Shown one piece after another: positions 17,464 to 26,676 of a stretch of DNA of 48,879 bases. The notes under the pieces were generated by a model. That model saw only the letters and a list, made by a program, of their open reading frames with translations. It searched no databases and was not told the DNA's origin. Both the position numbers and the translations under genes were made by a program. The DNA is from a virus (taxonomy: Duplodnaviria; Caudoviricetes): positions 1 through 48,879 of the IMG/VR virus record IMGVR_UViG_3300033416_000009. One strand, written 5' to 3'. Each line of letters starts with the position of its first letter. Within the stretch, counting starts at the first letter, position 1.

Positions 17464-19176
17464 ATGCCTTACGAAACAGTCTCTGCAAACATCTTCAGCA
17501 AATGTCTGCCGGCATTCGGGACCGATATTAGCCATTGCGGCACTGTAACGGTCTGCGATGTCGCCACACTGGACGAATCAACCCTCGAATTGGTGTTTTT
17601 CCCTTCCGGAAGGCCCATGGCCATGAGCGCGCTCTTGATGCAGGATTTCGAGATCAAGATGTGCGGCGCGATCCAGAACGGGCTTTACGATTTCCTGATC
17701 GCCAACTCGGTCGACATGTCCAAGCGGATCACGAAAGTCGACCTGGGCAAGGGCCGGTTCATGATCATGCCCTTCCTTCAGGCTGAACAGAAAAGCCGGA
17801 TCAACAACGAATATTGGGCCGTCAGCGGAGGGACGGAACAGGGCGTCACCACTGGGGATTGGATCGTGACGTTCACCAGTACCAGCGGCATTCCGGCTTC
17901 AGAGCGCTGGTTCAACTCCGGGATGCGCATTTTCATCGACGGTCTTTCCGCGGGCGGAACAGCTACCAGGACAGCTTGGATGGTGACTCCCGGGACAATA
18001 CCGGTAGTGGCCGGTGCAAACGTCACGGTGGAACTTACCAGCCAGAATGACGGATCGTTCCTGGGCGCGGTTAAGGCCCCAACGACAGCCGAAGGATGGC
18101 CCGTGACTGGATTGGCAACTCGCGGCACACCGAACGTTAGCGATTGGGAAGAGTGGTGCGAGGAAGGGCCCGGGCTGAATCCGAACAAGCTCGTCCCGTT
18201 CTGGATCGAGACTGTCCGAAACTCGCTCTGTTCATCGGAGCTGTACGATCAATACCGGGACATGGTCATTGATGACAACCCGTACTACAAGAAGTTCATC
18301 GATGTTCCTGAGGTCGAGAAGAACGCGCAGCTTGGCAGGGATTGGCAAAGCCGGTTCGCCAACACGTTCTTCTGGAACAAAGCCATCAGCGCCAATCAGG
18401 ACCTGACCAACTGGCGCAGTTTGGATCAGATTTCCACAGCCGCCGGAACAGACATCACGCCTCCCGATGAGGGTGCGTGCGTTGGTTATCGGGCCAATGC
18501 CATTGGGGTCTATGAACAGCTGGCTGAGTGCGGCCGGGTTCATGATCTTCAGGGCCAGGTCCTTAACCTCCAGGAATTATTCAAGGCTCTTTACCGGATC
18601 CAACAGGCCCGGAAAGCCCTCAACCAGCCATCCGATCAGATTGACATCTACACGGATTCGGAGTTCGCGTCCAAGATCCAGCAGGGCATGATCGAGTATT
18701 TCGACCTGAAATCCGGCGGAAGATTGGCGTTCAATTTCGACGTGACCAAGCCTCCGACACCGGGCAAGTTTGGGTTCAGATTCAACAGTTACCCCCTGGA
18801 CTGGCCCGTTCTGACGCTCAACGTTGTCACCCACCAGTTCTTCGATGACCGGATTGACGCCGCCAAAGCCGCTGCGGCCAACCTGGAGCCCGTCAGCCGG
18901 TTCGTTTGGATCCTGGACTGGTCCAACATCTACGCCGGAATCCTGGCCTCAAACCGGGTGGTCAACCAGACCGGGGATCTCAAGACCAGGGCTGCGGTCG
19001 ATTCGAGCTACATGTGCGTCATGCGGGTTCCGAGCAGACGCCAAACGCTGACGAGCGTCACTTGGACTGCCGTCGTTGAATGTCCTGACACAAGCCTGAT
19101 TCTGGAAAACATCAGCGACGATGTTCCGGAACATGCCGGACAAGCCGGGGAATTGGATTACTACGGGGAGTACTGA
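17464..19176 (+). CDS. Major capsid protein (570 aa, apparently with a beta-rich insertion)
   Basis: Follows the scaffold gene; AGGA Shine-Dalgarno; strong terminator downstream; size and position typical. The HK97 fold is inferred, not shown. Confidence 0.7.
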   Translation: MPYETVSANIFSKCLPAFGTDISHCGTVTVCDVATLDESTLELVFFPSGRPMAMSALLMQDFEIKMCGAIQNGLYDFLIANSVDMSKRITKVDLGKGRFMIMPFLQAEQKSRINNEYWAVSGGTEQGVTTGDWIVTFTSTSGIPASERWFNSGMRIFIDGLSAGGTATRTAWMVTPGTIPVVAGANVTVELTSQNDGSFLGAVKAPTTAEGWPVTGLATRGTPNVSDWEEWCEEGPGLNPNKLVPFWIETVRNSLCSSELYDQYRDMVIDDNPYYKKFIDVPEVEKNAQLGRDWQSRFANTFFWNKAISANQDLTNWRSLDQISTAAGTDITPPDEGACVGYRANAIGVYEQLAECGRVHDLQGQVLNLQELFKALYRIQQARKALNQPSDQIDIYTDSEFASKIQQGMIEYFDLKSGGRLAFNFDVTKPPTPGKFGFRFNSYPLDWPVLTLNVVTHQFFDDRIDAAKAAAANLEPVSRFVWILDWSNIYAGILASNRVVNQTGDLKTRAAVDSSYMCVMRVPSRRQTLTSVTWTAVVECPDTSLILENISDDVPEHAGQAGELDYYGEY

Positions 19177-19196
19177 GCTTAGCCGCTACAGTCGCG

Positions 19197-19231
19197 AAAC
19201 CCGTCGGGCGGCAGTGCCTGGCGGGTTTTTT
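19197..19231 (+). terminator. Rho-independent terminator after the major capsid gene
   Basis: Stem AAACCCGTCGGGC / GCCTGGCGGGTTT with G-U pairs, loop GGCAGT, ending in a T6 run. Confidence 0.85.
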
Positions 19232-19232
19232 G

Positions 19233-19266
19233 TTTACCATCGGCCAAATGCGCGCATAATGACAAC
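19233..19266 (+). promoter_or_regulatory. Sigma70-like leaderless promoter
   Basis: TTTACC(19233-19238)-N16-CATAAT(19255-19260)-N6-ATG(19267). Confidence 0.6.
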
Positions 19267-19722
19267 ATGATCGAAACGCCTGTGCAGTTTTTTAAGAAGG
19301 AGCTGATCATGAACCCGGTATTTCAATCCAACGGGAAAATGATCCAATTCGATTCAGTCGGGGACGGCATTGGCGTCCTGGCGGCAGTGGACACGACGGT
19401 GATATTCGAGCTGAACAGCCTGGTGGCGGCGCGCAGGGGAGGGATCCTCAAGATAACGAAAGAGCAGTATGATCAACTGGTTGCGAACAAAAAAAAAGAC
19501 CCGACATCAACCAGGTCCAACAGGCGTTATCCAACCATCAGGCTAGATCTGCCCCTGTCCAAGCTCTTGCCGGAGAAAAAGCAGGAAAACAGGCCGGCAA
19601 CCCAAAACGCAGGGGGTGCGGTGGATGCGGCCGCAGGTAAACCATCCGCGCCATCGGCTGAGCCGCCCCTAGTCCCAAGACGCGGCCGGCCGAGGAAAGT
19701 CCAAACCAATGACATTCGGTGA
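19267..19722 (+). CDS. Hypothetical virion-module protein with a C-terminal AT-hook; possible -1 frameshift isoform ending at 19640
   Basis: AT-hook PRRGRPRK; A9 run at 19489-19497. Confidence 0.7.
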   Translation: MIETPVQFFKKELIMNPVFQSNGKMIQFDSVGDGIGVLAAVDTTVIFELNSLVAARRGGILKITKEQYDQLVANKKKDPTSTRSNRRYPTIRLDLPLSKLLPEKKQENRPATQNAGGAVDAAAGKPSAPSAEPPLVPRRGRPRKVQTNDIR

Positions 19723-21271
19723 GCTGAAAACGCAGCTGATCACGGAAACGCATCCGTCCGGGCTTCCGGAGAATCTGGCCCAGGCTTACGTTAGCCGGAT
19801 GAAGGAGGCCCTTTACCAGGCGCAGAAATGGGTGGTCTGCCTTCAGGACAGGAACACGGCCATCAGTGAGTTCGACTGCACGTATTTCACCTGCAACCTG
19901 AGCGTCACCGAGGCTCCGCGCGGGCGCATTCTCCGGGTCTACACCGCGGACGAAACCTTGTGCGACCGGGTCGAGTATGTCCAGACCACATTCGACCGGA
20001 TCCTGTGCGCCAGCCGCGAGGTTCAGTCGTCCGCTTTCCCGACCAACACGAACAAACCTGAATTGCCAGCTCCGTTCCGATGGGCCAGCGAAGTGACGGA
20101 CAGGCTTTGCGGCCGGGCGCGATTCGGGTTCTGGGCCTATGACGACGAGCGGATTTACCTGGCCCCGTGGATTCAGTCCACCGAAAAGATCATCGTCGAG
20201 TACCAGGGGCTGAAGCGAACCTGGTCGGATCAGGATGAGGTATCCAACGATCCCGAGCTGTTCCGTTTGATCCGGCTTTATGTCCAGAAAGAGTTCGCGC
20301 TTTCCTACGAAGCCGACAAGGAATCCTGGGTGTCGCACCAGGCTGAGTTCCTGGAGACATTGCGCGACATGATCCACGAATGCAGGGAGGAACGGCTCAT
20401 CCGGGCGTCGGCCATTTGCACGGAACGGACCTTGTGCGATCAATGCGGTGTTCCGCTGTGCACTCCGGAGGATACCGAGGCACCTGCTGAAGATGACATT
20501 GTCTGGGCGTTCACCAGCGACATTCAGAGCGCGGACAACGATGATGATCCGGAGGCTGACACCGCCGTGTCGGAATTGATAAAGTCGTGGAGCCCGGAAT
20601 TCATCATTACCGGCGGTGACAACGTTTCAACCGGGGACGATTACAGCAACATCGACGAGCTTTACGGGGATTACATAAGCGACACCATCTCGGAGAATCA
20701 TTTCTGGCCGGCTCTTGGAAACCACGATTACACCGACCCTCCCAACGGCCTGGCGGATTACCTGGAGTTCTTCACGCTGCCCGGCAATGAACGCTACTAC
20801 TCATTCGTCAGGGCTGGCATTCATTTCTTCGTCTTGAACAGCGAGTCTGCGGAACCGGACGGGCGCAACATTACCTCGGTTCAGCACGAATGGCTGCGCG
20901 TGCAGGCGGCGATATCGACGGTCAAATGGAAAATAGCCATCGTGCACAAGGCACCCTACGGGATCGGGAACCACGCCCCAGGCAATTCCACCATGCGCTG
21001 GGATTACAAGGATCTTGGCTTGGACCTGGTGATGTCCGGGCACGACCACAATTACGCCAGGTTCGAGGTTGACGGATTTCCGTATCTGGTTGCCGGGACC
21101 GGCGGAGCAAAAATGGACAGCCCGTGCGGAGTGGACACCGAGGGATTCAACCAGGAATGCTACGACGGGAATTACGGAGCCATCAAATGCAGCGTGAATT
21201 GCGAGCGGCTGCTGTTCGAATTCTATACCGTCGAAGGCACTCTGATCGATTCTCTCACCGTCGAGAAGTGA
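19709..21271 (+). CDS. Head-tail adaptor-like N-domain fused to a calcineurin-like (purple-acid-phosphatase-type) metallophosphoesterase
   Basis: N-terminal MTFGELKTQL...IYLAPW...IIVEYQG resembles podovirus adaptors and is in the adaptor position. C-terminal motifs FTSDIQ, TGGDNV, LGNHDY, IVHKAPY and SGHDHNY. Confidence 0.75.
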   Translation: MTFGELKTQLITETHPSGLPENLAQAYVSRMKEALYQAQKWVVCLQDRNTAISEFDCTYFTCNLSVTEAPRGRILRVYTADETLCDRVEYVQTTFDRILCASREVQSSAFPTNTNKPELPAPFRWASEVTDRLCGRARFGFWAYDDERIYLAPWIQSTEKIIVEYQGLKRTWSDQDEVSNDPELFRLIRLYVQKEFALSYEADKESWVSHQAEFLETLRDMIHECREERLIRASAICTERTLCDQCGVPLCTPEDTEAPAEDDIVWAFTSDIQSADNDDDPEADTAVSELIKSWSPEFIITGGDNVSTGDDYSNIDELYGDYISDTISENHFWPALGNHDYTDPPNGLADYLEFFTLPGNERYYSFVRAGIHFFVLNSESAEPDGRNITSVQHEWLRVQAAISTVKWKIAIVHKAPYGIGNHAPGNSTMRWDYKDLGLDLVMSGHDHNYARFEVDGFPYLVAGTGGAKMDSPCGVDTEGFNQECYDGNYGAIKCSVNCERLLFEFYTVEGTLIDSLTVEK

Positions 21272-21272
21272 C

Positions 21273-23816
21273 ATGAAATTCCCAAAGACAACCAACGTCG
21301 GGTGCCCGATCACGAACACCAATGTAAATTGTGATCAGCCTGGGCCGCCAGATCCAGACGGTGATCCTGGCCCAGACTGCTACGATCCAACATATGCCAG
21401 GGAGCACCCGGACGAATGTCTTTACGGGATGATCATCTCCCCAAATAACGTCCTAATATGCCCGTTCCAGGAAGTTCAGTTTGGGGCATTCATGAGCAGT
21501 CCGTATCTTGGGGATGTCCAAATAGAGGCCGGGCTGGTCTGGGTAACTTCCGATCCGCTGATAGCATCGATCAGCCTTACCGGAAAAGTAACCGGGGTAG
21601 CAGCTGGCGTCGCCACCATTAGCTGCGAGTTCGGTGAATGGCACGCCAGCACGCAGGTGACGGTTTTAGGTGAAGAATGCTGCGATACCATCAAGGTTGG
21701 ATATTTCCTGGCGTTCGACACGTCGCTGTCCATGACCGGTCCGTTCAGCAACAGGTATGGCGACCGGATGAATTTCACCAAGGATCTGGCGGTGAAGTTC
21801 GTTGGCAATCTGAACAAGGAGAAGGACAAGTGGTGCGTTTACAAATTCGGGAACGATTGGACCAGGATCCAGGATTTCACGACAAGCAGGGACTCGACCA
21901 AGGCCGTAATCAATAATCTTTTGGCTGGAGACGAAAAGTCATGCTGGGCTCAACGCAGGACCGGGCCTGGCTCCAACGATCTTTTCGCGTCCATCAACAG
22001 CTACCTCGAACTGAACTCGGATATCAACCAGCCGGTCCTGATCATCTTTAGTGATTTCCAATACAACCCGCACGACGACCACCAAACTGACAATGACTGG
22101 AAGAAATCAATCGAGGAATTCAAGACCAAATCCGGGATCATTGTTGTCATGGGCATTGATTGTCCGGCCGGGAGAATACCTCCAGCCGAACCCCATGATC
22201 CAGCCGACGAGACCTGGCATGCTGAATATGCCCCAAGCCACATCATTCCTGGGCTCAGGCCGTCATTCAAGCTGAACGCCACATCCGCTAACCAGGACAC
22301 GATGGCGGCTACATTGACCGGGCTGACCGGGTTCTGGTGCGGCGGGAATTGCGTTGGAACACCGGATCAAGGCGGCGGCGGAGGGAGGGTCAGCAACGGG
22401 GAGCCGACATGGAACTATACAGGGTTCAAGAACTGGGATGTGCGCGGCCAGGTGGACCTGATCGGGAGGGGGGAGATTTCAACCTGGTTCGATGTCTGGC
22501 CGAACAACGGGCTCTATGTTGATCTGGTCGGGACATCTGCTGCTGGCGGGATCATATTGAAAAACTCCTGGACATGGTCCGCCGGGTACACATACCACCT
22601 GTCGTTTAAGCTGGCCGGGAATGGGCGCGGCGGAAAGGCTGGGGATTGGGGGCAAATTGGAAGCCACGACGAGATACGCGTTGGGATCATCCAGGATCCA
22701 GTCGACGGAAATGCGGTTTACTGGCAGCAATTGATTCGAATTGACGAGCCGAACACCCCGTTCCAGCTCTACGAATATTCCATCACATTCCCGGACGCAA
22801 AGGTTGGGAAACTGATTTTTGAAACCACGCAGAACATGGTGTCGTCCTGGGGCCTGTGCCTGGATTGCGTGAAAGTCACGGAGACGGATCCGTTCGGGGC
22901 GGTCACGACAATTTTGGACGATTGTTTCGACACTGAAAACGGGGGTTGGGTTGATGACCCGTGCGTTGATGATCAGGTAATAGCATACCCGAATCTAATG
23001 GCTTTATCCGGATATTCATACCGCTGTTACGGCTATGGCTGCTTGGAAGGCCCAGTCCCGGCATTCGAGTATGACCTCACCACGCCGTTCTTCCTCGGTG
23101 AAACGAATTGCGACATCTGCACTACGATCGACACATCCACATCAACCAGCGGCGGCGGTGGCTATACGAAGATGGCCACAAAACAGTACACGGACATCCA
23201 GGACAACGCCGTGCTGGCCAGCGCCCAGGCATACGCCGATGGGTTGCACATGATCTTCGTTCGGGTGGCTGGCGACACCATGACCGGTTATCTGGTGCTC
23301 AATGCCGATCCGGTATCCGACATGCAGGCCGCCACCAAGCGTTACGTGGATTTGGTTGCGGGGCTTCCTGGGTCGGCGGTGAATACAACGTCCCTGACCA
23401 TCGACAGCGGTCCTTTTGCCGTAGCCGGGGATGCCGTCAGCAGGAGTCTGGTTGTCAGGCTGGAAACAACGGATGCCACTCCGGATCAGGAGATGTTTCT
23501 GGATGGCGCGTCGACCAGGATAATCATTCCCGCGGACACAACCTGGATGTTTCACGCCAATGTCGTCGCCCGAAGAGCGGATCTCAACGACGAAAGCGCG
23601 GCTTACATGCTGTCCGGTTGCATCGATCGGAACGGAATCGTCACCGCCCTGGTTGGTTCCGTAATGAGAACCGTGCTGGCCGAAGATAGTCCGGCCTGGC
23701 AGGTCAAGGCTTTGGCGGACGATATCAACGACGCCCTGATCATTGCGGTTACGGGTGAGGCCGGGAAAACGATCAATTGGGTCGCGCGGATAGATCTAAC
23801 CCAGGTAACGGCGTAG
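21273..23816 (+). CDS. Multidomain fibre/decoration protein: Cys-rich N-terminus, Big_2 Ig-like domain, vWA with MIDAS, DUF642/galactose-binding-like domain, ATKxYVD repeats, C-terminal beta domain
   Basis: WVTSDPLIASISLTGKVTGVAAGVATIS (Big_2); FDTSLSM and IIFSD (vWA); VDLVGT...YHLSFKLAGN (DUF642-like); ATKQY and ATKRYVD. Confidence 0.7.
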   Translation: MKFPKTTNVGCPITNTNVNCDQPGPPDPDGDPGPDCYDPTYAREHPDECLYGMIISPNNVLICPFQEVQFGAFMSSPYLGDVQIEAGLVWVTSDPLIASISLTGKVTGVAAGVATISCEFGEWHASTQVTVLGEECCDTIKVGYFLAFDTSLSMTGPFSNRYGDRMNFTKDLAVKFVGNLNKEKDKWCVYKFGNDWTRIQDFTTSRDSTKAVINNLLAGDEKSCWAQRRTGPGSNDLFASINSYLELNSDINQPVLIIFSDFQYNPHDDHQTDNDWKKSIEEFKTKSGIIVVMGIDCPAGRIPPAEPHDPADETWHAEYAPSHIIPGLRPSFKLNATSANQDTMAATLTGLTGFWCGGNCVGTPDQGGGGGRVSNGEPTWNYTGFKNWDVRGQVDLIGRGEISTWFDVWPNNGLYVDLVGTSAAGGIILKNSWTWSAGYTYHLSFKLAGNGRGGKAGDWGQIGSHDEIRVGIIQDPVDGNAVYWQQLIRIDEPNTPFQLYEYSITFPDAKVGKLIFETTQNMVSSWGLCLDCVKVTETDPFGAVTTILDDCFDTENGGWVDDPCVDDQVIAYPNLMALSGYSYRCYGYGCLEGPVPAFEYDLTTPFFLGETNCDICTTIDTSTSTSGGGGYTKMATKQYTDIQDNAVLASAQAYADGLHMIFVRVAGDTMTGYLVLNADPVSDMQAATKRYVDLVAGLPGSAVNTTSLTIDSGPFAVAGDAVSRSLVVRLETTDATPDQEMFLDGASTRIIIPADTTWMFHANVVARRADLNDESAAYMLSGCIDRNGIVTALVGSVMRTVLAEDSPAWQVKALADDINDALIIAVTGEAGKTINWVARIDLTQVTA

Positions 23817-23835
23817 TGCCGGTGTTCGATTCTTG

Positions 23836-23869
23836 TTGATTTCGCTGCGGGGCGCGTCATTATTGCCGT
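23836..23869 (+). promoter_or_regulatory. Sigma70-like leaderless promoter for the glycosyltransferase operon
   Basis: TTGATT(23836-23841)-N16-CATTAT(23858-23863)-N6-ATG(23870). Confidence 0.55.
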
Positions 23870-23920
23870 ATGGCGCTCACTTTAAGCCATTCAACTTTGG
23901 ACCTGCGGGGAGCGGGATGA
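23870..23920 (+). CDS. Putative 16-aa leader peptide (MALTLSHSTLDLRGAG)
   Basis: ATG is at the leaderless position of the promoter; its TGA overlaps the GT4 start (ATGA, 23917-23920). Confidence 0.4.
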   Translation: MALTLSHSTLDLRGAG

Positions 23921-25014
23921 TCAGGCGCGTCACATTTTGCGGGGAAGTAAACACGTTCACCGGTTTCGGCCAGCATTCCATAGCCATCATGGAGAGCCTG
24001 GAAAAAAACGGGTTCTTCGCCTTGCTGCGCCCGTTCACATTCCACAGCGATCCGTCCAAGCGCGTCCCACCATGGATCATCGGCAGGATCGTGAAGAGCA
24101 TTCAGCCGGAACTTACCGAGGTGACCCTCAGCCCGATAATCTCAGAGCGGGTTCCGACAGTCGGCAAATACACCATCTACTTCACGATGTGGGAGAGCAC
24201 GCTGCTGCCCAAGCGGTTTGTCCAATTGCTGAACTCTTGCCAGCACGTTGTTGTCCCGTGCCAATGGTGCCGCGATACGTTCGTTGAATCCGGAGTCAAA
24301 AGGCCGATGGAAATTGTTCGGCTTGGATATGATCCGGATGTTTACAAGGTGAGCGAGCAGACTTTCGATGGCCCGTTCATTTTTGGAGCGGCAGGGAATC
24401 TCAGGAACGGCGTGACGCGCAAGGGAGTGTTGGATGTGATAGAGGCATTCAATCTGGCGTTCCCGAAAGACAAGGACGTAGTGCTATGCATAAAATGCGG
24501 CGATGGCGATGCCGTTGAATCTCTCCGGGATTACAGGGTTCACTTATGCAAGACATTCATGCCAGAGAAACGTTTAGCCGAATGGTATCGTGGCATAAAC
24601 TGCTTTGTCAGCGCCGCCAGGTCTGAAGGGTTCGGGCTCATGCAGCTGCAGGCAATGGCCACTGGCCGGCCGGTGATTGGCACTGGCTATTCCGGTATGG
24701 CTGAGTTCATGTCGGCGGATAATTCGTTCTTGCTGGAATACGACCTGGAAGATTCCCAGGAAGCGTGGCTAGGGTGCGGCCAGTGGGCCAGGCCGAGAAT
24801 GGATTGCCTGGTGGAGACCATGCGCTTCGTCAAATCCAACCCGGATAGAGTGCTGGCTAAATCCATAGCTGCCGGCAATTCAGTTTCCGGATTCACATGG
24901 GACGATGTTAACAAGCCGCTGATTGAATTGGTAAGTGAATATGAAAAGGCTGGTGCTAAGCGGAATGGTGAACAGTTACACGGGCTACAGCGAGCACCTG
25001 TTCCGTGTGGCTGA
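23917..25014 (+). CDS. Glycosyltransferase, GT4 family (GT-B fold)
   Basis: FTGFGQH, FTMWEST, RKG, SEGFGLMQLQAMATGRPVI. Start re-called at ATG 23917 with GGAG upstream. Confidence 0.9.
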   Translation: MIRRVTFCGEVNTFTGFGQHSIAIMESLEKNGFFALLRPFTFHSDPSKRVPPWIIGRIVKSIQPELTEVTLSPIISERVPTVGKYTIYFTMWESTLLPKRFVQLLNSCQHVVVPCQWCRDTFVESGVKRPMEIVRLGYDPDVYKVSEQTFDGPFIFGAAGNLRNGVTRKGVLDVIEAFNLAFPKDKDVVLCIKCGDGDAVESLRDYRVHLCKTFMPEKRLAEWYRGINCFVSAARSEGFGLMQLQAMATGRPVIGTGYSGMAEFMSADNSFLLEYDLEDSQEAWLGCGQWARPRMDCLVETMRFVKSNPDRVLAKSIAAGNSVSGFTWDDVNKPLIELVSEYEKAGAKRNGEQLHGLQRAPVPCG

Positions 25015-25969
25015 CTGGTTTGCCGGGCGCGGTCTGGAGGTTGTCATCCGCCCGTCCATGATCCGGGAACAGTTCGGTGCGGCCATACCGGACAGGATGG
25101 TCTCCATGGTATCACATGACATCCAGCCGGATCCTTGGGAAGTGATGATCAATTACCCGAATGCCAGGCCGACGAACGGGAAGCGGACAGTCTATTTCAC
25201 CATGTACGAGGCCACCCGGCTGCCGTCGATGTTCGTTGGATACCTGAACATGTGCCGGGCCATCATTGTGCCGTGCTCGTGGAACAGGGATTGGTTCAAG
25301 AAAGTCGGCGTCCGGCCTGGCATAAGCATCTGCCCCCTTGGAATTGACACCGGAACATTCAAGCACACACCGATGATCATGGACGGGCCAACCGTGTTCG
25401 GTGCCGCAGGCAGGCTGGCTCACGGCATCGCGCGCAAGGGTGTCAACGATGTGATCGACGCATTTAGGATAGCGTTCCCGTCGGATCCGAACGTCCGGCT
25501 CAGGATTAAGGCGTTCCCGGACTGCAAGCTCATCGAATACCGGGATCCGAGGATTGAGGTTGTCCGGGAGATGATGCCCGCGGATCGGCTTGCGGAATGG
25601 TTCTCAGGACTGACCTGTTTCTGCAGCATGGCCAAGGCCGAGGGGTGGGGCCTGATGCAGCAGCAAGCCATGGCTGTTGGCCGGCCCGTGATCGCATCGG
25701 TCTATGCCGGCCTGGCTGAGTTCATGAACCAGAACAATTCCTACCCGGTCACATTCAGGGAGGTTCGGGCGGTGGAGAAATATCGCGGGCACGGCAAATG
25801 GGCGCAGCCTGACCAGAGGCATTTCATATCCCTAATGCGAAAGGTGCACGCCAACAGGGCCGAGGCCGCCGAGATCGGAGCCAGGGCCAGCGCGGACGCA
25901 TCCAAATTCACCTGGGACGAGTCATGCCTGAAGCTGGAATCAATATTGGCGGCGCTAAATGTTATATGA
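24941..25969 (+). CDS. Glycosyltransferase, GT4 family (paralogue of the upstream gene)
   Basis: YTGYSEH, FTMYEAT, RKG, AEGWGLMQQQAMAVGRPVI. Confidence 0.9.
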   Translation: MKRLVLSGMVNSYTGYSEHLFRVADWFAGRGLEVVIRPSMIREQFGAAIPDRMVSMVSHDIQPDPWEVMINYPNARPTNGKRTVYFTMYEATRLPSMFVGYLNMCRAIIVPCSWNRDWFKKVGVRPGISICPLGIDTGTFKHTPMIMDGPTVFGAAGRLAHGIARKGVNDVIDAFRIAFPSDPNVRLRIKAFPDCKLIEYRDPRIEVVREMMPADRLAEWFSGLTCFCSMAKAEGWGLMQQQAMAVGRPVIASVYAGLAEFMNQNNSYPVTFREVRAVEKYRGHGKWAQPDQRHFISLMRKVHANRAEAAEIGARASADASKFTWDESCLKLESILAALNVI

Positions 25970-26676
25970 CAACGATCCCGGTTCTGGGAATACCAGTCTT
26001 GAATAGGCCGGACCTGATCAGGAAATGCATCGACTCCATTGATCATCCGGTTGGCACAATTGCCGTGATCAATAACAGCAAAGACATAGGCATGACCAAC
26101 ATGCTGAAGAGGATATGCCGGAAACACAGGAACGTTCGCGTAATCAACAATCCAAAAAACGCCGGGGTCGGAGGGTCGTGGAACCAGATCTTCAGGACGT
26201 TCAGCGCACCATGGTGGTTCATTGTGGGCAGCGACATACGGTTCGAGAGAGGATCAATTGCCAAGATCGTGCGCGAAGTCGAGGTTCACCCGGAATCGGT
26301 CCTCTATTTCGCCAATGGATTCAGCGCGTTTGTCATCACCAGTAGATGCCTGGACATCATTGGAACATTCGATGAAAACTACTATCCGGCATACCTGGAG
26401 GACTGCGATTATTTCCGCAGGTTTCAACTATCCGGAACAGAAGCCAGGCATATTCCGGAAATACGGATGGAGCACGTAGGGAGCGCCACGATTAGAAGCA
26501 ATCCTGAACTGCAAAGGAAAAACGGAATCACACACACCGAAAACTGGGTGTATCACCGAGCCAAATGGGGTGATCCTGCGCAGTTCAAGACCCCGTTCAA
26601 TGACCCCAATCTGACTATCAAGGATTGGACATTGGACCAGGAAAGAAGGGCGCGCCAGGATTGGGACAACCTGTGA
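25966..26676 (+). CDS. Glycosyltransferase, GT2 family (GT-A fold)
   Basis: IPVLNR...CIDSID, NAGVGGSWN, GTFDENYYPAYLEDCDY; ATGA-coupled start at 25966. Confidence 0.85.
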   Translation: MTTIPVLGIPVLNRPDLIRKCIDSIDHPVGTIAVINNSKDIGMTNMLKRICRKHRNVRVINNPKNAGVGGSWNQIFRTFSAPWWFIVGSDIRFERGSIAKIVREVEVHPESVLYFANGFSAFVITSRCLDIIGTFDENYYPAYLEDCDYFRRFQLSGTEARHIPEIRMEHVGSATIRSNPELQRKNGITHTENWVYHRAKWGDPAQFKTPFNDPNLTIKDWTLDQERRARQDWDNL

